Source of the DNA: an uncultured bacterium
GTDB taxonomy: Bacteria > UBA8481
Assembly (NCBI GenBank): GCA_964499705.1
Contig: CAZCME010000015.1
Location: 1-64,000, forward strand
DNA length: 64,000 nucleotides
Direction: 5' to 3'
A program made the translations under genes and the position numbers. The notes under the pieces were generated by a model. The model was not told the DNA's origin, did no database searches, and was given only the letters and a program-made list of their open reading frames with translations. The first letter of the stretch is position 1. Each line of letters starts with the position of its first letter. This document shows, in pieces, positions 1-11,400 of this stretch.

Positions 1-676
1 CCGCGACCAATTCTTCCTGCGAGTAATCACCGTCTCCGAAGTGGCCGCCACTCACGATCGCCGGCCGAGCAAGCCGCTTCACGCTTCCAGTCGCGTGACC
101 GATCTCATGCAGCAGGGTGGAGTAATACGCTGAGCTCGAAGTGAAGGCCGAGCGAGGCGGCATCGATACGATGTCGCCGCGAGAGTTGTAGGAAGCGTGC
201 GCTCCAACGTGCCGGATCTCGGGAGGATCCGGCATCTCGGCGATGACCTTCTCGACTGCCTCGATGGGATTGAATGTCGACGCGTCGTCGTCCTGCTTCG
301 GCACGTCGATCCCCTCAGTCTGGTCGAGGTTGAAGACCGTGTAGTGGCGCATGAGCGGAACGCGATCCTCTCGAATCTCGCCCGACTCAACGCGTTCGAT
401 CGCGCGCAGGAATTTCCAGAAGACAACCGTCGTTCCCTTCTCACCGACCTTGATTCGCCCGCCGAGTTCCTTCGCCTGGTTGAACGTCGCCCAGAAAGGG
501 GAGGTGTGACCGCTCATCGACAAGACGAGGAGATTGATCCCCCGATAAACCTTCTTGCTCCTGAAATTCGTCGGCAAGAGCCCCGCGATCTTCCAAGGCC
601 TCCGCCAGGGCGCCCCAACTTTCTCCAACATCTCAATGACCCGTTCCGTGACCTCGCTGTAAACGTCGCGCTTCAT
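1..676 (-). CDS. ardC: ArdC-family antirestriction / ssDNA-binding protein with zincin-like domain (runs off the window; not in the ORF track)
   Basis: Manual translation from ATG 676 (GGAGG RBS at 683-687): MKRDVYSEVTERVIEMLEKVGAPWRRPW...YRGINLL...WATFNQAKELGGRIKVGEKG...YTVFNLDQTEG...YYSTLLHEIGHATG...YSQEELVA, matching ArdC N-terminal and HExxH motifs. Confidence 0.9.
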   Translation of the reverse strand, partial: MKRDVYSEVTERVIEMLEKVGAPWRRPWKIAGLLPTNFRSKKVYRGINLLVLSMSGHTSPFWATFNQAKELGGRIKVGEKGTTVVFWKFLRAIERVESGEIREDRVPLMRHYTVFNLDQTEGIDVPKQDDDASTFNPIEAVEKVIAEMPDPPEIRHVGAHASYNSRGDIVSMPPRSAFTSSSAYYSTLLHEIGHATGSVKRLARPAIVSGGHFGDGDYSQEELVA

Positions 677-712
677 ATCGCGCCTCCTCACTATGGGATA
701 TGAGGCGCGGCA

Positions 713-747
713 GCATCTCCGCCCTCGCGTCAGCGGGGCGGGGATGC
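713..747. promoter_or_regulatory. GC-rich imperfect hairpin upstream of ardC
   Basis: gcatctccgccctcgc-gtca-gcggggcggggatgc forms a near-perfect stem with a 4-nt loop. Confidence 0.4.
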
Positions 748-911
748 GGGCAATTGGGAATGTCTAATCTCACATGACAAGACGTTATCAGGTCGAGTCC
801 GACACCAGATTACCGAAAAAATATCACTGAGCGAGTCGAGTGGCAGCACTCATTTGCGCCCGCTTCTCAGTGCTTACCCTTGACGCACGTCGCGAAAATG
901 TGAATATTTCT

Positions 912-1652
912 ATGTCCATGAACGACATGAAGAAATCTTCCGAAGCAATCGAATGCGGGCACTGCGGTGAAATAAATCGAATGCGCGTGATCGGTGCCGT
1001 CACTGATACTGAGGGATATGATATCGACGCGCCGAATGAGGCGGGAATATTATATGAGGTATACGCTTGTTCGAACTGCAAGCAGCCTATGTTGGTAGGT
1101 GGATTCTGGCATGACGGGATGGACGATCCCTCAGAGTGGAAGCCAAACTTATGGTTACCCGATGGAACAAATCGAATCGCTCGTCTAGAACATAAGGAAC
1201 GCATCGCAGACCGTGAGTTCATGAAGTTGGCTATCATGGAAGCTCGTAAATCAAAAAGCGAGGCGGGTATCAAACCAAAAGTGGGCGCCGTTGTCTCTCG
1301 TGCGGGTGCGCTTTTAGCGTTTGGTCACCGAGGCGAGCTTGCAGCGGGAGACCATGCCGAATTCACCGTGCTTGAGGGGAAGTGCAAGGACGAGATGCTT
1401 GCAGGAGCGACGGTTTATACGACGCTTGAACCCTGCACGACTCGCACAGATCCAAAAATACCCTGCGTTAATCGCTTGGTAGGTAGGAAGGTTGCACGCG
1501 TTGTTATAGGCATGCTCGACCCAAATGAGACTATTCGTGGTCGGGGCGTATTAGCGCTTCGGAAGGCAAATATACAGGTCGATCTTTTTCCGCCGGATCT
1601 AATGAATCAATTGGAAGAGTTGAACCGAGAGTTTATCGCCGAGCACGAGTGA
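912..1652 (+). CDS. Zn-ribbon plus RibD-like (cytidine/dCMP deaminase fold) protein lacking the reductase domain
   Basis: N-terminal CGHC...CSNC; C-terminal PKVGAVV, HAE, TLEPC-x8-C, DPN and GRG motifs. Start taken at ATG 912 (ORF track starts at 840). Confidence 0.8.
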   Translation: MSMNDMKKSSEAIECGHCGEINRMRVIGAVTDTEGYDIDAPNEAGILYEVYACSNCKQPMLVGGFWHDGMDDPSEWKPNLWLPDGTNRIARLEHKERIADREFMKLAIMEARKSKSEAGIKPKVGAVVSRAGALLAFGHRGELAAGDHAEFTVLEGKCKDEMLAGATVYTTLEPCTTRTDPKIPCVNRLVGRKVARVVIGMLDPNETIRGRGVLALRKANIQVDLFPPDLMNQLEELNREFIAEHE

Positions 1653-1871
1653 TCCGAAGGGAAGCGTGGCACATTGCATTCCGCAATCCCCGCGTCGTTG
1701 TCTCCATTATTCATGATGAAATGTTACCTTCGCCTTGTTTGACCGGAAATCGCGAGCGGGTAGAGGGCTCCAATCCGATCCTTGAGTTACTTTTGCACGG
1801 CAGCTTCGTTTTTCCAAACGATCCACCGGAACCCCGTTGATCGTCAGCCCGGAAAGATACACAATTGTCGG

Positions 1872-4322
1872 GTGAACGATGAAGATGGAGTTGCATTTTT
1901 CGAAGTCCGGCCGATCTCGGCAGCGTACCTGATTCCGAAAAACGATGCCGGCGCCATAGTTCAGCTCGACGCCATCATTCGGCACGCCCACGAGACCTGG
2001 GGCGGCCGCTTCTATCCCATTATTTTGACCGACGGAACGAGTTTGTCAGATGCGGACTGGAATCTCCTTAATGCCGCAGACCCCGATATCATCACGTCTT
2101 CGATCCCGCTGGAGAAAGAGCTTCTGCAGGAACTCGACAGAAAGCTGACGCCCCTGTCGATCGAATTGCCCCGTGACCAGGGCACGACACGCAGCGCTTT
2201 CGAAGCAGGCAGATCCGGGTATGAGGGATTCCCGATTTTTCCTTCCGCTCTCAATGTCCGCAGCGTCCTAGGAATTCCGGCCATTGCGCGGCAACCATCG
2301 CTTGTGAAATTCGACATCGATACTGACGCCGATCCGGTATGCAGGAATTTTATCGACCGTAATTTCGGGCAATTCTCAGCAATCTGGGCGGCGGAGTCGG
2401 CACTGAATGAAAATCAGGTTGAATCGCACACGATCAAGGATCTCGCCTCATTGACGGCCGCGCTATCAAAGTTGTCACGCTGGGACCCGCTAATGTATCC
2501 CGTGCATTTCTGTTCACACCCTTGGAAATGGTTTCGCTCAAACGAGGGTCATCGAAGGGACGTATTCACCGTTGTCGTCGGCGATCAGCTCACTGATCTT
2601 GCCTGCTTCTGGAATCGCGTTTTCCTCAATGATTTCGGAGATCGGTCGAAACTGAAGCAACTGTGGCTTCCGACTCGTCTGGCAGAAGACGCAAGTTTCT
2701 GTCGCGTTCTCTCAAAGTGGCTATCAATCGTGTCGCACTCCTTCACAAATTCTCACGATGAAATCTTGATCACCAGCACCAGCATGACGTCGGCCGAACT
2801 TGGCGGACTAGAGGCTCGCCTTCGCGACGGCTCCTATCTTCGCACTTCCCAGGAGCAAACTCTACCGATGCCCATGTTCGAGAAGACCTACGCCTTCATT
2901 AATCGTCCTAGGGATATGAGGCCGACCCCCATGCCTGTGGGTAAACAGTCGCATTTCAACATCTCAGCTCCGGAAGTGTTCTCGAAGAATTTATCAAATG
3001 GTCACTGGATGGTTGACTGCTTCATCGAACACCGTTCCAGAATGCATGACGGTGTCCGTGGGAGCACGTTATGGTGGCAGCTCCCTCAACGCCGGCAATT
3101 AGCCCGCGAGATATTCGCCCGGCCGGCTCGTATCCGCCGCGAAGGCATACCTTCAGTTCTGATGGACAGCAATTCCCATTGCCCCTGGGATTCACCGGAA
3201 ACGATCAGCATTACGTCTCCGTCGCCGGGTAAGCTTTTTTCCGCTCTCTGTTGCGGCGAACGCCAGCCCCAATATCTGAGGTCGAAAGAGCAGCCTTCAG
3301 AGCACATTGGTCCGTACCGGGGTTTAGCGATCTCCGACAAGGGAGGCTATCTTCGGGGCGTTGTCGAGCTACTCGGCGGTCTCTATTCCGCAAGCCGGAC
3401 TTTCGAATCACGGCTGTGGCGAAGAATCCTGTTCAATCTTGGCCGCAGCAACCCAGACGCCGACACGTCGCTACGAGAACAGGTGGAAAGAATATGGCTC
3501 GAGACGAAGACGCAGGTGGTCGACGAAGCCGAACGTCTTAATGCGATCTCCCAACGGCTTGCGGGCCTTGTGCGAAGCGCCGCTAAAGAAATGAGCTCTA
3601 AAGCTCGTTCCATGACGTTCAAAGGCATTTTGCAAGAAGCAAGCCGCGAGATGAAGGACTACAATACTCTCGCGAAAACTTACGGGGGTCCGATATTCCA
3701 AAATAACCCGAAGGCTGTTCAACGCTCTTTGTCGGAGCTGACGGAGCAAAATGTGATCCGGATAGGATATGAACTTTCTTGTGATCACTGCTTCTTCAAG
3801 AACTGGAAGCATATAGACGAGACGCGACAATCGGTTATTTGCGACGGCTGCGGTAAGTCTTTCTCGTTTCCGCCCGAAACCAGGATGAGTTATCGACTGA
3901 ACCATCTCGTGCACCTTGCCGTCAATCATCAAGGGGTCGTACCGGTCTTGCTTGTGTTGGGCGACCTTTTTCGGCGCTCAAGGTCGTCATTCGTCTATAT
4001 ACCCAGCCTCGACCTATTTGAGGAATCGTCCGGAGGACCATCGTCCGAGCTCGACATCGTATGTATTCAAGACGGTCAATTCATCATCGGCGAGGTCAAG
4101 ACCTCGTCTGACTCGTTTCGCCAAAGCGACTTCGACAAGATGAGGAATGTCGCCGCAAAACTGCGACCCGAAGTCGTTCTATTTTCGGCGCTTGACGGCA
4201 AGAACACTCAGAATATTTCCGAAATGATGAATGCTCTTCAAGCGGCACTCACTGGGCAGAATACCAAAGTGATCTGGCACGAGCTTATGTCCAACATTCA
4301 CGAGCCGGATCCTGAACGGTAG
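1872..4322 (+). CDS. Large (~816-846 aa) uncharacterised protein with C-terminal Zn ribbon and PD-(D/E)xK-like nuclease domain
   Basis: Long ORF; CDHC...CDGC followed by ELDIVCIQDGQFIIGEVK (D...ExK). Start uncertain (GTG 1872 or TTG 1782). Confidence 0.65.
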   Translation: MNDEDGVAFFEVRPISAAYLIPKNDAGAIVQLDAIIRHAHETWGGRFYPIILTDGTSLSDADWNLLNAADPDIITSSIPLEKELLQELDRKLTPLSIELPRDQGTTRSAFEAGRSGYEGFPIFPSALNVRSVLGIPAIARQPSLVKFDIDTDADPVCRNFIDRNFGQFSAIWAAESALNENQVESHTIKDLASLTAALSKLSRWDPLMYPVHFCSHPWKWFRSNEGHRRDVFTVVVGDQLTDLACFWNRVFLNDFGDRSKLKQLWLPTRLAEDASFCRVLSKWLSIVSHSFTNSHDEILITSTSMTSAELGGLEARLRDGSYLRTSQEQTLPMPMFEKTYAFINRPRDMRPTPMPVGKQSHFNISAPEVFSKNLSNGHWMVDCFIEHRSRMHDGVRGSTLWWQLPQRRQLAREIFARPARIRREGIPSVLMDSNSHCPWDSPETISITSPSPGKLFSALCCGERQPQYLRSKEQPSEHIGPYRGLAISDKGGYLRGVVELLGGLYSASRTFESRLWRRILFNLGRSNPDADTSLREQVERIWLETKTQVVDEAERLNAISQRLAGLVRSAAKEMSSKARSMTFKGILQEASREMKDYNTLAKTYGGPIFQNNPKAVQRSLSELTEQNVIRIGYELSCDHCFFKNWKHIDETRQSVICDGCGKSFSFPPETRMSYRLNHLVHLAVNHQGVVPVLLVLGDLFRRSRSSFVYIPSLDLFEESSGGPSSELDIVCIQDGQFIIGEVKTSSDSFRQSDFDKMRNVAAKLRPEVVLFSALDGKNTQNISEMMNALQAALTGQNTKVIWHELMSNIHEPDPER

Positions 4323-4337
4323 TTCCGTCGGTATGCC

Positions 4338-7244
4338 TCAGTAGTATTGCTTGATATACCCGTAAGCTCTGTCGAAGAGTTCCTGGTCCTTGATCTGGTA
4401 TTTCACGTAGATCACCTTCCGTAGCGCCTTCTGAACCTCGCGCTCGCCGGCGTTCGTGGTCTGCCACCCGGGGAAGCGCACGATGCGAACGAGGTCGTCG
4501 ATGTCGGCGACGACGCGTTCAACCATCACGGGCGTCTTCTCGGTTCGTGCCTCGGCGAAGAGCTCGGTCAGCGCGGCCTTGGCTTTGTCCTGCTCCTCTG
4601 CGGGCTCGACCTCCTTCTCGGTCTCGACCACGTCCTTGGCCAGCTGGAGCAGTTCCTTCAGGAACTCGATGCTCGTCAATAGCCCCTGCTCATGACGCTC
4701 CTTGATCTTCTCGAGGCGCTCACCCAGAGCCACGAACTTCGAATCGCCGGCATGCTTACGGAGTCGCGCCACGATCTTGACCTGGACTTCCTTTGACTTT
4801 TTGTCCGGATTCTTCGCGCCTTGGAGATCAGCCAGGACCTCGGCGTCCATGACGAGCGTGTCGAGGTCATCGCGGACCGTTTCCAGGTGCACGTGCTCGT
4901 GCACTAATTCGATCGTCTTCGCTCCGAGCGCGTGCCAGATCAATTTTCCGTTTCCGCTCGCGGGTTTGACTGACTCGTAGACCTGCGAGAGCCAGCGGTA
5001 GTCGGTCTTATGCGGGCCGAGGCATGAATCAGGCGAGAGCGCTTCCCAGAGCCGGCTCAGAGCAGAGAACTCCGCCGCGAATCGGTCGCGGACTTCGTTG
5101 TTCGGAAGGCAATCCTGTGCAGCAATGAGCCCCTCATACCCACCCACAGTGCGATCCACGTTCGGGAAGAAACTGAGACACTTCATGACTTGCCCCGGCA
5201 GATCCTTCTTCAGCTCATCGAGGTTTGTGATAACGCGTTGAACCGCCGCTTCGTCGAAGTCGAGCGCCGTGGCCACATCATCGAAGATGCCGAGGTAATC
5301 CACGATGAGACCGTGGGTCTTTTCCGGATAGACCCGATTCGTGCGGCAGATGGCCTGGAGCAGGTTGTGATCCTTCACGGGTTTATCGAGATACATCGTC
5401 TGGAGGATGGGCGCGTCGAAACCGGTGAGGAGCTTGGAGGTGACGATCAGGAAGTTGAGCGGGTCAGCGGGGTCGCGGAAGCGATCGAGGAGCTTCTCTT
5501 CCTCGTCTTTTGAAAGGCGGTGATCGGCATACTCGTCGGCCTTGCTGCCCTTCGTGTGCATGACGATCGCGCTCGCCTCCGGCCCCACGATTGCATCCAT
5601 CGCGTTTTTGTAGAGCACGCAGCACTCCCGGTCGAAGGTCACGACCTGGGCCTTGAAGCCGTTCGGCTCCACCTTCTCGCGGAAGTGATCCGTGATGTGT
5701 CGGCAGATCGCCGTGACCCGTTCCGGGGACTTGATGAGAACGGCCATCTTCGCCGCGCGCTTCGCGAGGTCATCCCGATCCTGCTCGCTGAGTTGATCCG
5801 TGATCTGGGCATAGGCCTCATCGATGGCCGCTCGATCGATCTTGAGCTTCACGTCGACGGTCTCGAAATGGAGCGGGAGCGTCGCCTTGTCGCGGATCGA
5901 GTCCTCGAACGAGTATCGGCTCATGTAGCCTGATTCATCCTCGTCCGCGCCGAAGGCCCAGAACGTATTGCGGTCCCTCTTGTTTATGGGCGTTCCGGTC
6001 AGGCCGAAGAGGAACGCATGAGGCAGGGCCTCGCGCATCTGTCGGCCGAGATCGCCCTCCTGCGTGCGGTGGGCCTCGTCGACCATAACGATGATATTGG
6101 AACGGTCGTTCAGTCGACCGCCGGACTCGGCGAACTTGTGGATGGTTGTGATGATGATCTTGCGCGTGTCCTTGGCGAGGAGGTCCTGGAGTTCCTGCCG
6201 ATTGGCGGTTCCGACCGTATTTGGAACGTCGGTCGCGTTGAAGGTAGCCGTGATCTGAGTATCGAGGTCGATACGATCCACGACGATGAGGACCGTGGGG
6301 TTCTGCAGTTCCGGATGCATGCGCAGCTTCTGCGCGGCGAAGACCATGAGCAGGGACTTACCCGAGCCCTGGAAGTGCCAAAGCAAACCCTTCTTCGTCT
6401 TGCCGCGCACGACGCGCTCGACCATAAGGTTGGCACCCTCGAACTGCTGGTATCGTGCGATGATCTTGATACGTCGGTGCTTCTTGTCCGTGGCGAAGAC
6501 CGTGAAGTTCCGCAGAAAATCGAGGACGACTTCCGGCCGCAACATGCTTCGGACGCTCCGTCGGACATCGGCCATTGTCCCTTCCGACTTGTTGCCGGGC
6601 TCATGCCAGGGTCCCCAGAGTTCGATCGGCATCTGGACCGAGCCATAGCGGAAGCACTTTCCTTCGGTGGCGAAGTTGAAGATGTTCGAGACGAAGACCT
6701 GTGGGATGCTGTGCTCGTATCCGTTCCTGATATCGGCCGCGCCATCGACCCACGTGACCGCGGGGCGCACCGGCGTCTTGGCCTCGCCGATAACGACCGG
6801 CAGCCCATTGATGAGCAGGACAACATCGAGCCGCTTGCCGCCTTGTTTGGTCGGATAGACCCACTGGTTCGTGACGACATACTGGTTGTTGGCTGAAACC
6901 TTGAAGTCGATGAGATTGACCGAGACATGCTCGCCCCTCTCGCCGAACGGCATGCTCTTCTCGCCACGCAACCACTCCGCGAACTCTTCATTCGCCCGCA
7001 CCAGGCCCGAGTTCCGGACCGAGAGCGCGATCGCGCGCAGCTTGTACAAAACCTCATCCGCCCGATCCGGCGACTTCGCAATCTCCGGATTGAGCCGGAT
7101 CAGCGCATCCCGCACTATCGACTCCACGAAGACGGCCGAGTCCTCCCGCGGCAGATCGTCGGCGGAGATGAACGTCCAGGGGCTTCCAGTGCCAGATAGC
7201 GCGTCGATAACCATCTGCTCGACGGTGTTTTCTTCGTTAAACAT
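4338..7244 (-). CDS. hsdR: Type I restriction endonuclease subunit R
   Basis: LDVVLLINGLPVVIGEAK nuclease motif, HFQGSGKS Walker A, DEAHR, LTGTP, LLTGFDAP, QAICRTNR. ATG 7244 has an AGGAGAGG RBS and overlaps the hsdS stop. Confidence 0.96.
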   Translation of the reverse strand: MFNEENTVEQMVIDALSGTGSPWTFISADDLPREDSAVFVESIVRDALIRLNPEIAKSPDRADEVLYKLRAIALSVRNSGLVRANEEFAEWLRGEKSMPFGERGEHVSVNLIDFKVSANNQYVVTNQWVYPTKQGGKRLDVVLLINGLPVVIGEAKTPVRPAVTWVDGAADIRNGYEHSIPQVFVSNIFNFATEGKCFRYGSVQMPIELWGPWHEPGNKSEGTMADVRRSVRSMLRPEVVLDFLRNFTVFATDKKHRRIKIIARYQQFEGANLMVERVVRGKTKKGLLWHFQGSGKSLLMVFAAQKLRMHPELQNPTVLIVVDRIDLDTQITATFNATDVPNTVGTANRQELQDLLAKDTRKIIITTIHKFAESGGRLNDRSNIIVMVDEAHRTQEGDLGRQMREALPHAFLFGLTGTPINKRDRNTFWAFGADEDESGYMSRYSFEDSIRDKATLPLHFETVDVKLKIDRAAIDEAYAQITDQLSEQDRDDLAKRAAKMAVLIKSPERVTAICRHITDHFREKVEPNGFKAQVVTFDRECCVLYKNAMDAIVGPEASAIVMHTKGSKADEYADHRLSKDEEEKLLDRFRDPADPLNFLIVTSKLLTGFDAPILQTMYLDKPVKDHNLLQAICRTNRVYPEKTHGLIVDYLGIFDDVATALDFDEAAVQRVITNLDELKKDLPGQVMKCLSFFPNVDRTVGGYEGLIAAQDCLPNNEVRDRFAAEFSALSRLWEALSPDSCLGPHKTDYRWLSQVYESVKPASGNGKLIWHALGAKTIELVHEHVHLETVRDDLDTLVMDAEVLADLQGAKNPDKKSKEVQVKIVARLRKHAGDSKFVALGERLEKIKERHEQGLLTSIEFLKELLQLAKDVVETEKEVEPAEEQDKAKAALTELFAEARTEKTPVMVERVVADIDDLVRIVRFPGWQTTNAGEREVQKALRKVIYVKYQIKDQELFDRAYGYIKQYY

Positions 7245-8430
7245 CGATGCCTCTCCTGAAATCAAATATCCCGTTAACCAGGATAAGAGCAATTTGTCGC
7301 AAGTTGGCGACATGATTTCCCGCAGCGGCTGCCCCATTTCTTACAGCGGTCATGGTTGCGGCGATTTGGCGCTGAACATTTAGCGAAGGTAGCGGCACGC
7401 GAAGAGCATGAATATCTTCCTGGGTGATGTTTTTCATCGCTCCTCCTGTGCCGGTCGCACAGCCTATCAGTTGGCGACGCATATCCCGAGAACGAAGCAT
7501 TTCGAAAATGAACCTTGGTTCCGCCATTTCGTCATTCACTACTAGCTGAAGCGTCTTGTCGCACAACATCAGATTCGGATAATCCTGGGTAGTCCAACAT
7601 ACTCGTCCAACTAGTTCGGCAGTGTTACATCTGGTCATTAAGAGCGAGTCTTTCTTCACTCCGAATCTGGTCACGAATAGGCTTGCATCCAAGAGTCGTT
7701 TGTTCTCGCTAGGTTGAAATCCATCGGGGCCAACGGCACTCACCTTAAGAACTCCATATTCGCCAACTCCTGCGGGGGAGCTGGCCCCGACAACGCTTTT
7801 TCCCGCGACAATTGCCTTGAGTGCAGGTCTGAGATGTCTTCGAACGTGCTGTCCGGTCCCAAAACATTCGGTTCGCATGGAGTCAAGAAGCACGTTTGCG
7901 TCGCGCCATATGTGCTCGATGTGGCTTGCCGCCTCATCCGCCGCCCAGAGGATTTCGGCGAGGCGTTTTTGCTCGGCGAGCGGGGGGAGGGGGAATTCGA
8001 AGTTCTTAAGAGCGCCCCAGCTTGTACGCGGCGAGAGCGAGCCTGCGGACGTTCCAAGCGCGTAATCGAAAAACTTATCGGTCTTGCAGATGAACGGAAG
8101 CAGTTCGGGCAATAGGATCTTCGGATCAACGGGCTCGAACGTCAGAATGTCTCCGGAGCAGATCCCATCGAACTCCGCAAAGGCGACTTTGCGCTGATAG
8201 GCGCGGCGCTTTCCGAAGAGCGTCTGGCCTTGTACGAATTTGCGTGAAAATGACGATGCATCGCCGGGACTGTCCCACCGCCGGATGTGCAGATTCTCAG
8301 GCTCCATATGCTCGAGCCCCACAATCCGTTTGAGCCCGGCCGCCGCCGCATCCCGCTCGACAAGGTTAGCGTTTCGCACCACGTCCCCGAACTTCACGAG
8401 AGTCCGCTGATGTTTTCCGGCGCGAACCAT
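7237..8430 (-). CDS. hsdS: Type I R-M specificity subunit S
   Basis: Two TRDs with conserved PLPPLAEQKRLAEIL and PLPSLNVQRQIA repeats. ATG 8430 overlaps the upstream TAA (TAATG). Confidence 0.93.
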   Translation of the reverse strand: MVRAGKHQRTLVKFGDVVRNANLVERDAAAAGLKRIVGLEHMEPENLHIRRWDSPGDASSFSRKFVQGQTLFGKRRAYQRKVAFAEFDGICSGDILTFEPVDPKILLPELLPFICKTDKFFDYALGTSAGSLSPRTSWGALKNFEFPLPPLAEQKRLAEILWAADEAASHIEHIWRDANVLLDSMRTECFGTGQHVRRHLRPALKAIVAGKSVVGASSPAGVGEYGVLKVSAVGPDGFQPSENKRLLDASLFVTRFGVKKDSLLMTRCNTAELVGRVCWTTQDYPNLMLCDKTLQLVVNDEMAEPRFIFEMLRSRDMRRQLIGCATGTGGAMKNITQEDIHALRVPLPSLNVQRQIAATMTAVRNGAAAAGNHVANLRQIALILVNGIFDFRRGIDV

Positions 8431-11400
8431 TACGCCAGGCTCCATGCATTTCGAAGATCGGCAAATGAATCCGGTGACGAGCAGATTTCTTTCCACTGCT
8501 CAATCACGCCGGGGATCTCCTGACCTTCTGCCGTGAAGAACTTGTGAAGGACGGATGCAAGATGCGCCGCGGCCGTCCTCACTAACATTAGCTCATTTAC
8601 GTCGTCGCTGAAGGGCTCCAAATTCAGATCGGTCTCTCGAAGCAAAGCGCCGAGTCCCACCAACAGCCGCGTCAGTGTCTCGTGTGAAAGTACTATCTTA
8701 TTCCGAATCATTTGGCGCGCGAGGAACCTCAGTGCATGAACCAATGCCGCCCGTCGTCGCCACTCTACTTGTTGAACCACGATATCAACAAGACTGTCGC
8801 GCTCGATCTTTTCTATTTCGCCAAGCTTCTTAGTCGAATCAAGTAATACATAGATCGCATCGAAGGCGTCATTGATTTGGTCCTCATCTGTCAGATGAAA
8901 CATCTCATAGATGGAAACGAGAATGCTTCCGCTGCTATCCCGGGTTAAATGCACAGCCGCCGCGCGAGCCCTCATTGCCGGAACTCTATGCGAGTCAAAC
9001 TCAGCAAAAAGTCGGTCGACATTCGTCTTGATCCGGTCATCGGCGTCAGTATCCAACCGGGGCAGTACGACATAGGTAAGCACGTTCACGAGTGTTTCGA
9101 ATCGCGAATAGAATTCCCCCTTTATCGACCCGAGGAGCCCCTCCCGTTCCTCTTGAAGAAGCACATGCTTATCGGCATCCCACCATGACACCAACCGTGA
9201 GAAAAGGGACGTAATCTCGTCTTTCGTCCAGCCAATCGAGTCGCCGATCCGAGTTGCGCCCAATATCTCCGCACACAATGGATCGTGACCGCCCGATATC
9301 GGTATTCCGGGTTCACCGGACCCTGATACGACTGGAAAACCTGCTCTTTGCACGTAATCTTTGAATAGTCGAATGACATCAACATCCCTCGGATGTAACT
9401 CGTCGATGAATGCGAACTTGTAGCGATCGACGTTGGATGGAAAGCCGTCCTCATCCGTCATTGTCCACAATGCCCGAATGAATCCATCTCTTTGTGGTTG
9501 CGTCAAAAGGTGTGCGTCATTCAAGACAAACAGCCGAGTTGCTGCGCGCGCGCGGGTCTCGATCCTATCGGGAGCCACAGCCCCGATAAGTGTTTCTACC
9601 AGCAAAGGGTCTATGGCGGGTAATGGATGCCCGTCGTCATTCCGCGCATTGAGCTGGATGTACTTGAAGGGTTCCGGAAGGTCATGCTGACTCCGCGGGT
9701 GGGTATCCCCCATTACCGGAATACGAATAAGGCTCCCAACGAGTGGAGTCAATTCTGACTGAGAATACGAGTGGATAAGCCTCGCGAATAGATGGTCTAT
9801 ACTTCCGTATTTGCCTTTCTGAGGGCTCGTATACACCGTCGTCAAGAAATCCAGCATTCTTTGACGAGTGGCAATAGAACACTTAACGCATAGCCTGGAC
9901 AACGCTTCGGGAAGTATTTTGGCTATACGTATGGCAAGATTGTAATTGCCGAAATCGTTCGCGATCCCCAAGTCTGGAGTGATGCAATTCAGAACATCGA
10001 GATAATTCGTCGCGATTTGATCAGCTTGGTCGGCTGACATCAGCCATAGAGACTTGCGATTATAGATTGGCTCAATGTTCTTGTCCTCGCCGGTCCGTAT
10101 CATTGTCGCAACGGCCCAGTACGGCGAGTAATCGGCAATCCGGCGGATTGCCCCCTGTGCGGCCTTCGTGCTCGCCGTGACACTCGATATCCGAAACGGC
10201 ATACTACATTCCTCGACATGCCGTAAGAAGGCGTACGCCACGTCCGCTTCCAGATCGGTTTCCCCTATGTGGTGAGTTGTCGTTACATGGCCGACATCGA
10301 ATCCGAATGTCGTTTTCCTCATCGGTGAGTACTCTGGTTCTCGCTCTAGGTTAGCTTCGAACAGTTTGCGCTCCGCCCACGGGTCGCACCTGTATTGTTT
10401 GAGTTCGTTCCATCGCTCTCTGAATTCATCGCGAATATGGTCGAGACCTTCAAACTTGTAGGCTCCGATTGCTTTGGCATGCTTGACGTATTGAAGCAAT
10501 TGCATCGTGTAGGCTTCCTGGGATACCAGCGTGAAATCACTCATAGTCGGGCGGAGGTTCAGTTTTTGTCTAATGGAGGATAGGGATCGCTCAAGGATGA
10601 GTTCGGCGCCTGATAGCTCTCCAAGTTCCGCTAATAGTCCAGCCCGTTTTGCCTCCCAAAAGGGTAGCCCCTCATCTACCGACCACTCCTCCAGACGCGA
10701 TCGCAGATCGGATGTTCTCAATGAGAAGAGAGCGAACAGGCACCGCTCGTATTTGTATCGTGCAGCGAGCTCACTGGTGAACATCGGCAATCCTCGTGCT
10801 ATTATTTCATCTGTCCTCCGCCAATTGCCCAGGTCCCCATTTTCTCGGTAATATCGGAGAAGCGAGAGAATCAATTCCATCCATTGCTGGCTGATGGACT
10901 TCCACGGGAGCGCAAGGTGTGACTCGGGTGTTACGGTAGCAGACTGATCTTTCACAAGCTGAGGGAATGGGTTATACGCGCAAACCAGCTTCTCGTAGTA
11001 TCGCGCAACGTCGTTTGGAATTGGATAGAGGCACCTTTCCATTCGCCAGTTCAACTCATATAGAAACTGGATATCGAAAGGAGGATTTAGCTCGCTCACT
11101 TTCTTGAGAACGCCGGTCCAATGATCAGTGTGCATCCACAAGGATGCCCGCAGTTCCTCAGGAAGGACGACCCAGTTGGGATATCGATTACGAGTGCCGC
11201 GCCACGTTTCGGCAATCTGTCGGATGCTATCTTCATTAACATTAAGCTGCGGCAGCGCTCCGTTCTCTTTGCCGGGCCAGCCTAAGGCGTCAGGTAATTC
11301 TCTCTTCTTAGTTAGATGCGCAATGAAAAACTCCAACGCTTTTGAGTGATCATCCTTACTTCCGATGCAGTCTGCCAAATCTACCAAGACAATGTTTCTC

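Noticed and set aside
197-703. 168-aa plus-strand ORF
   Set aside because: Antisense shadow of ardC, which has clear motifs and an RBS on the minus strand.
912-1652. ribD (riboflavin biosynthesis)
   Set aside because: No reductase domain and no rib genes nearby; it has an extra Zn ribbon and sits in a defence island.
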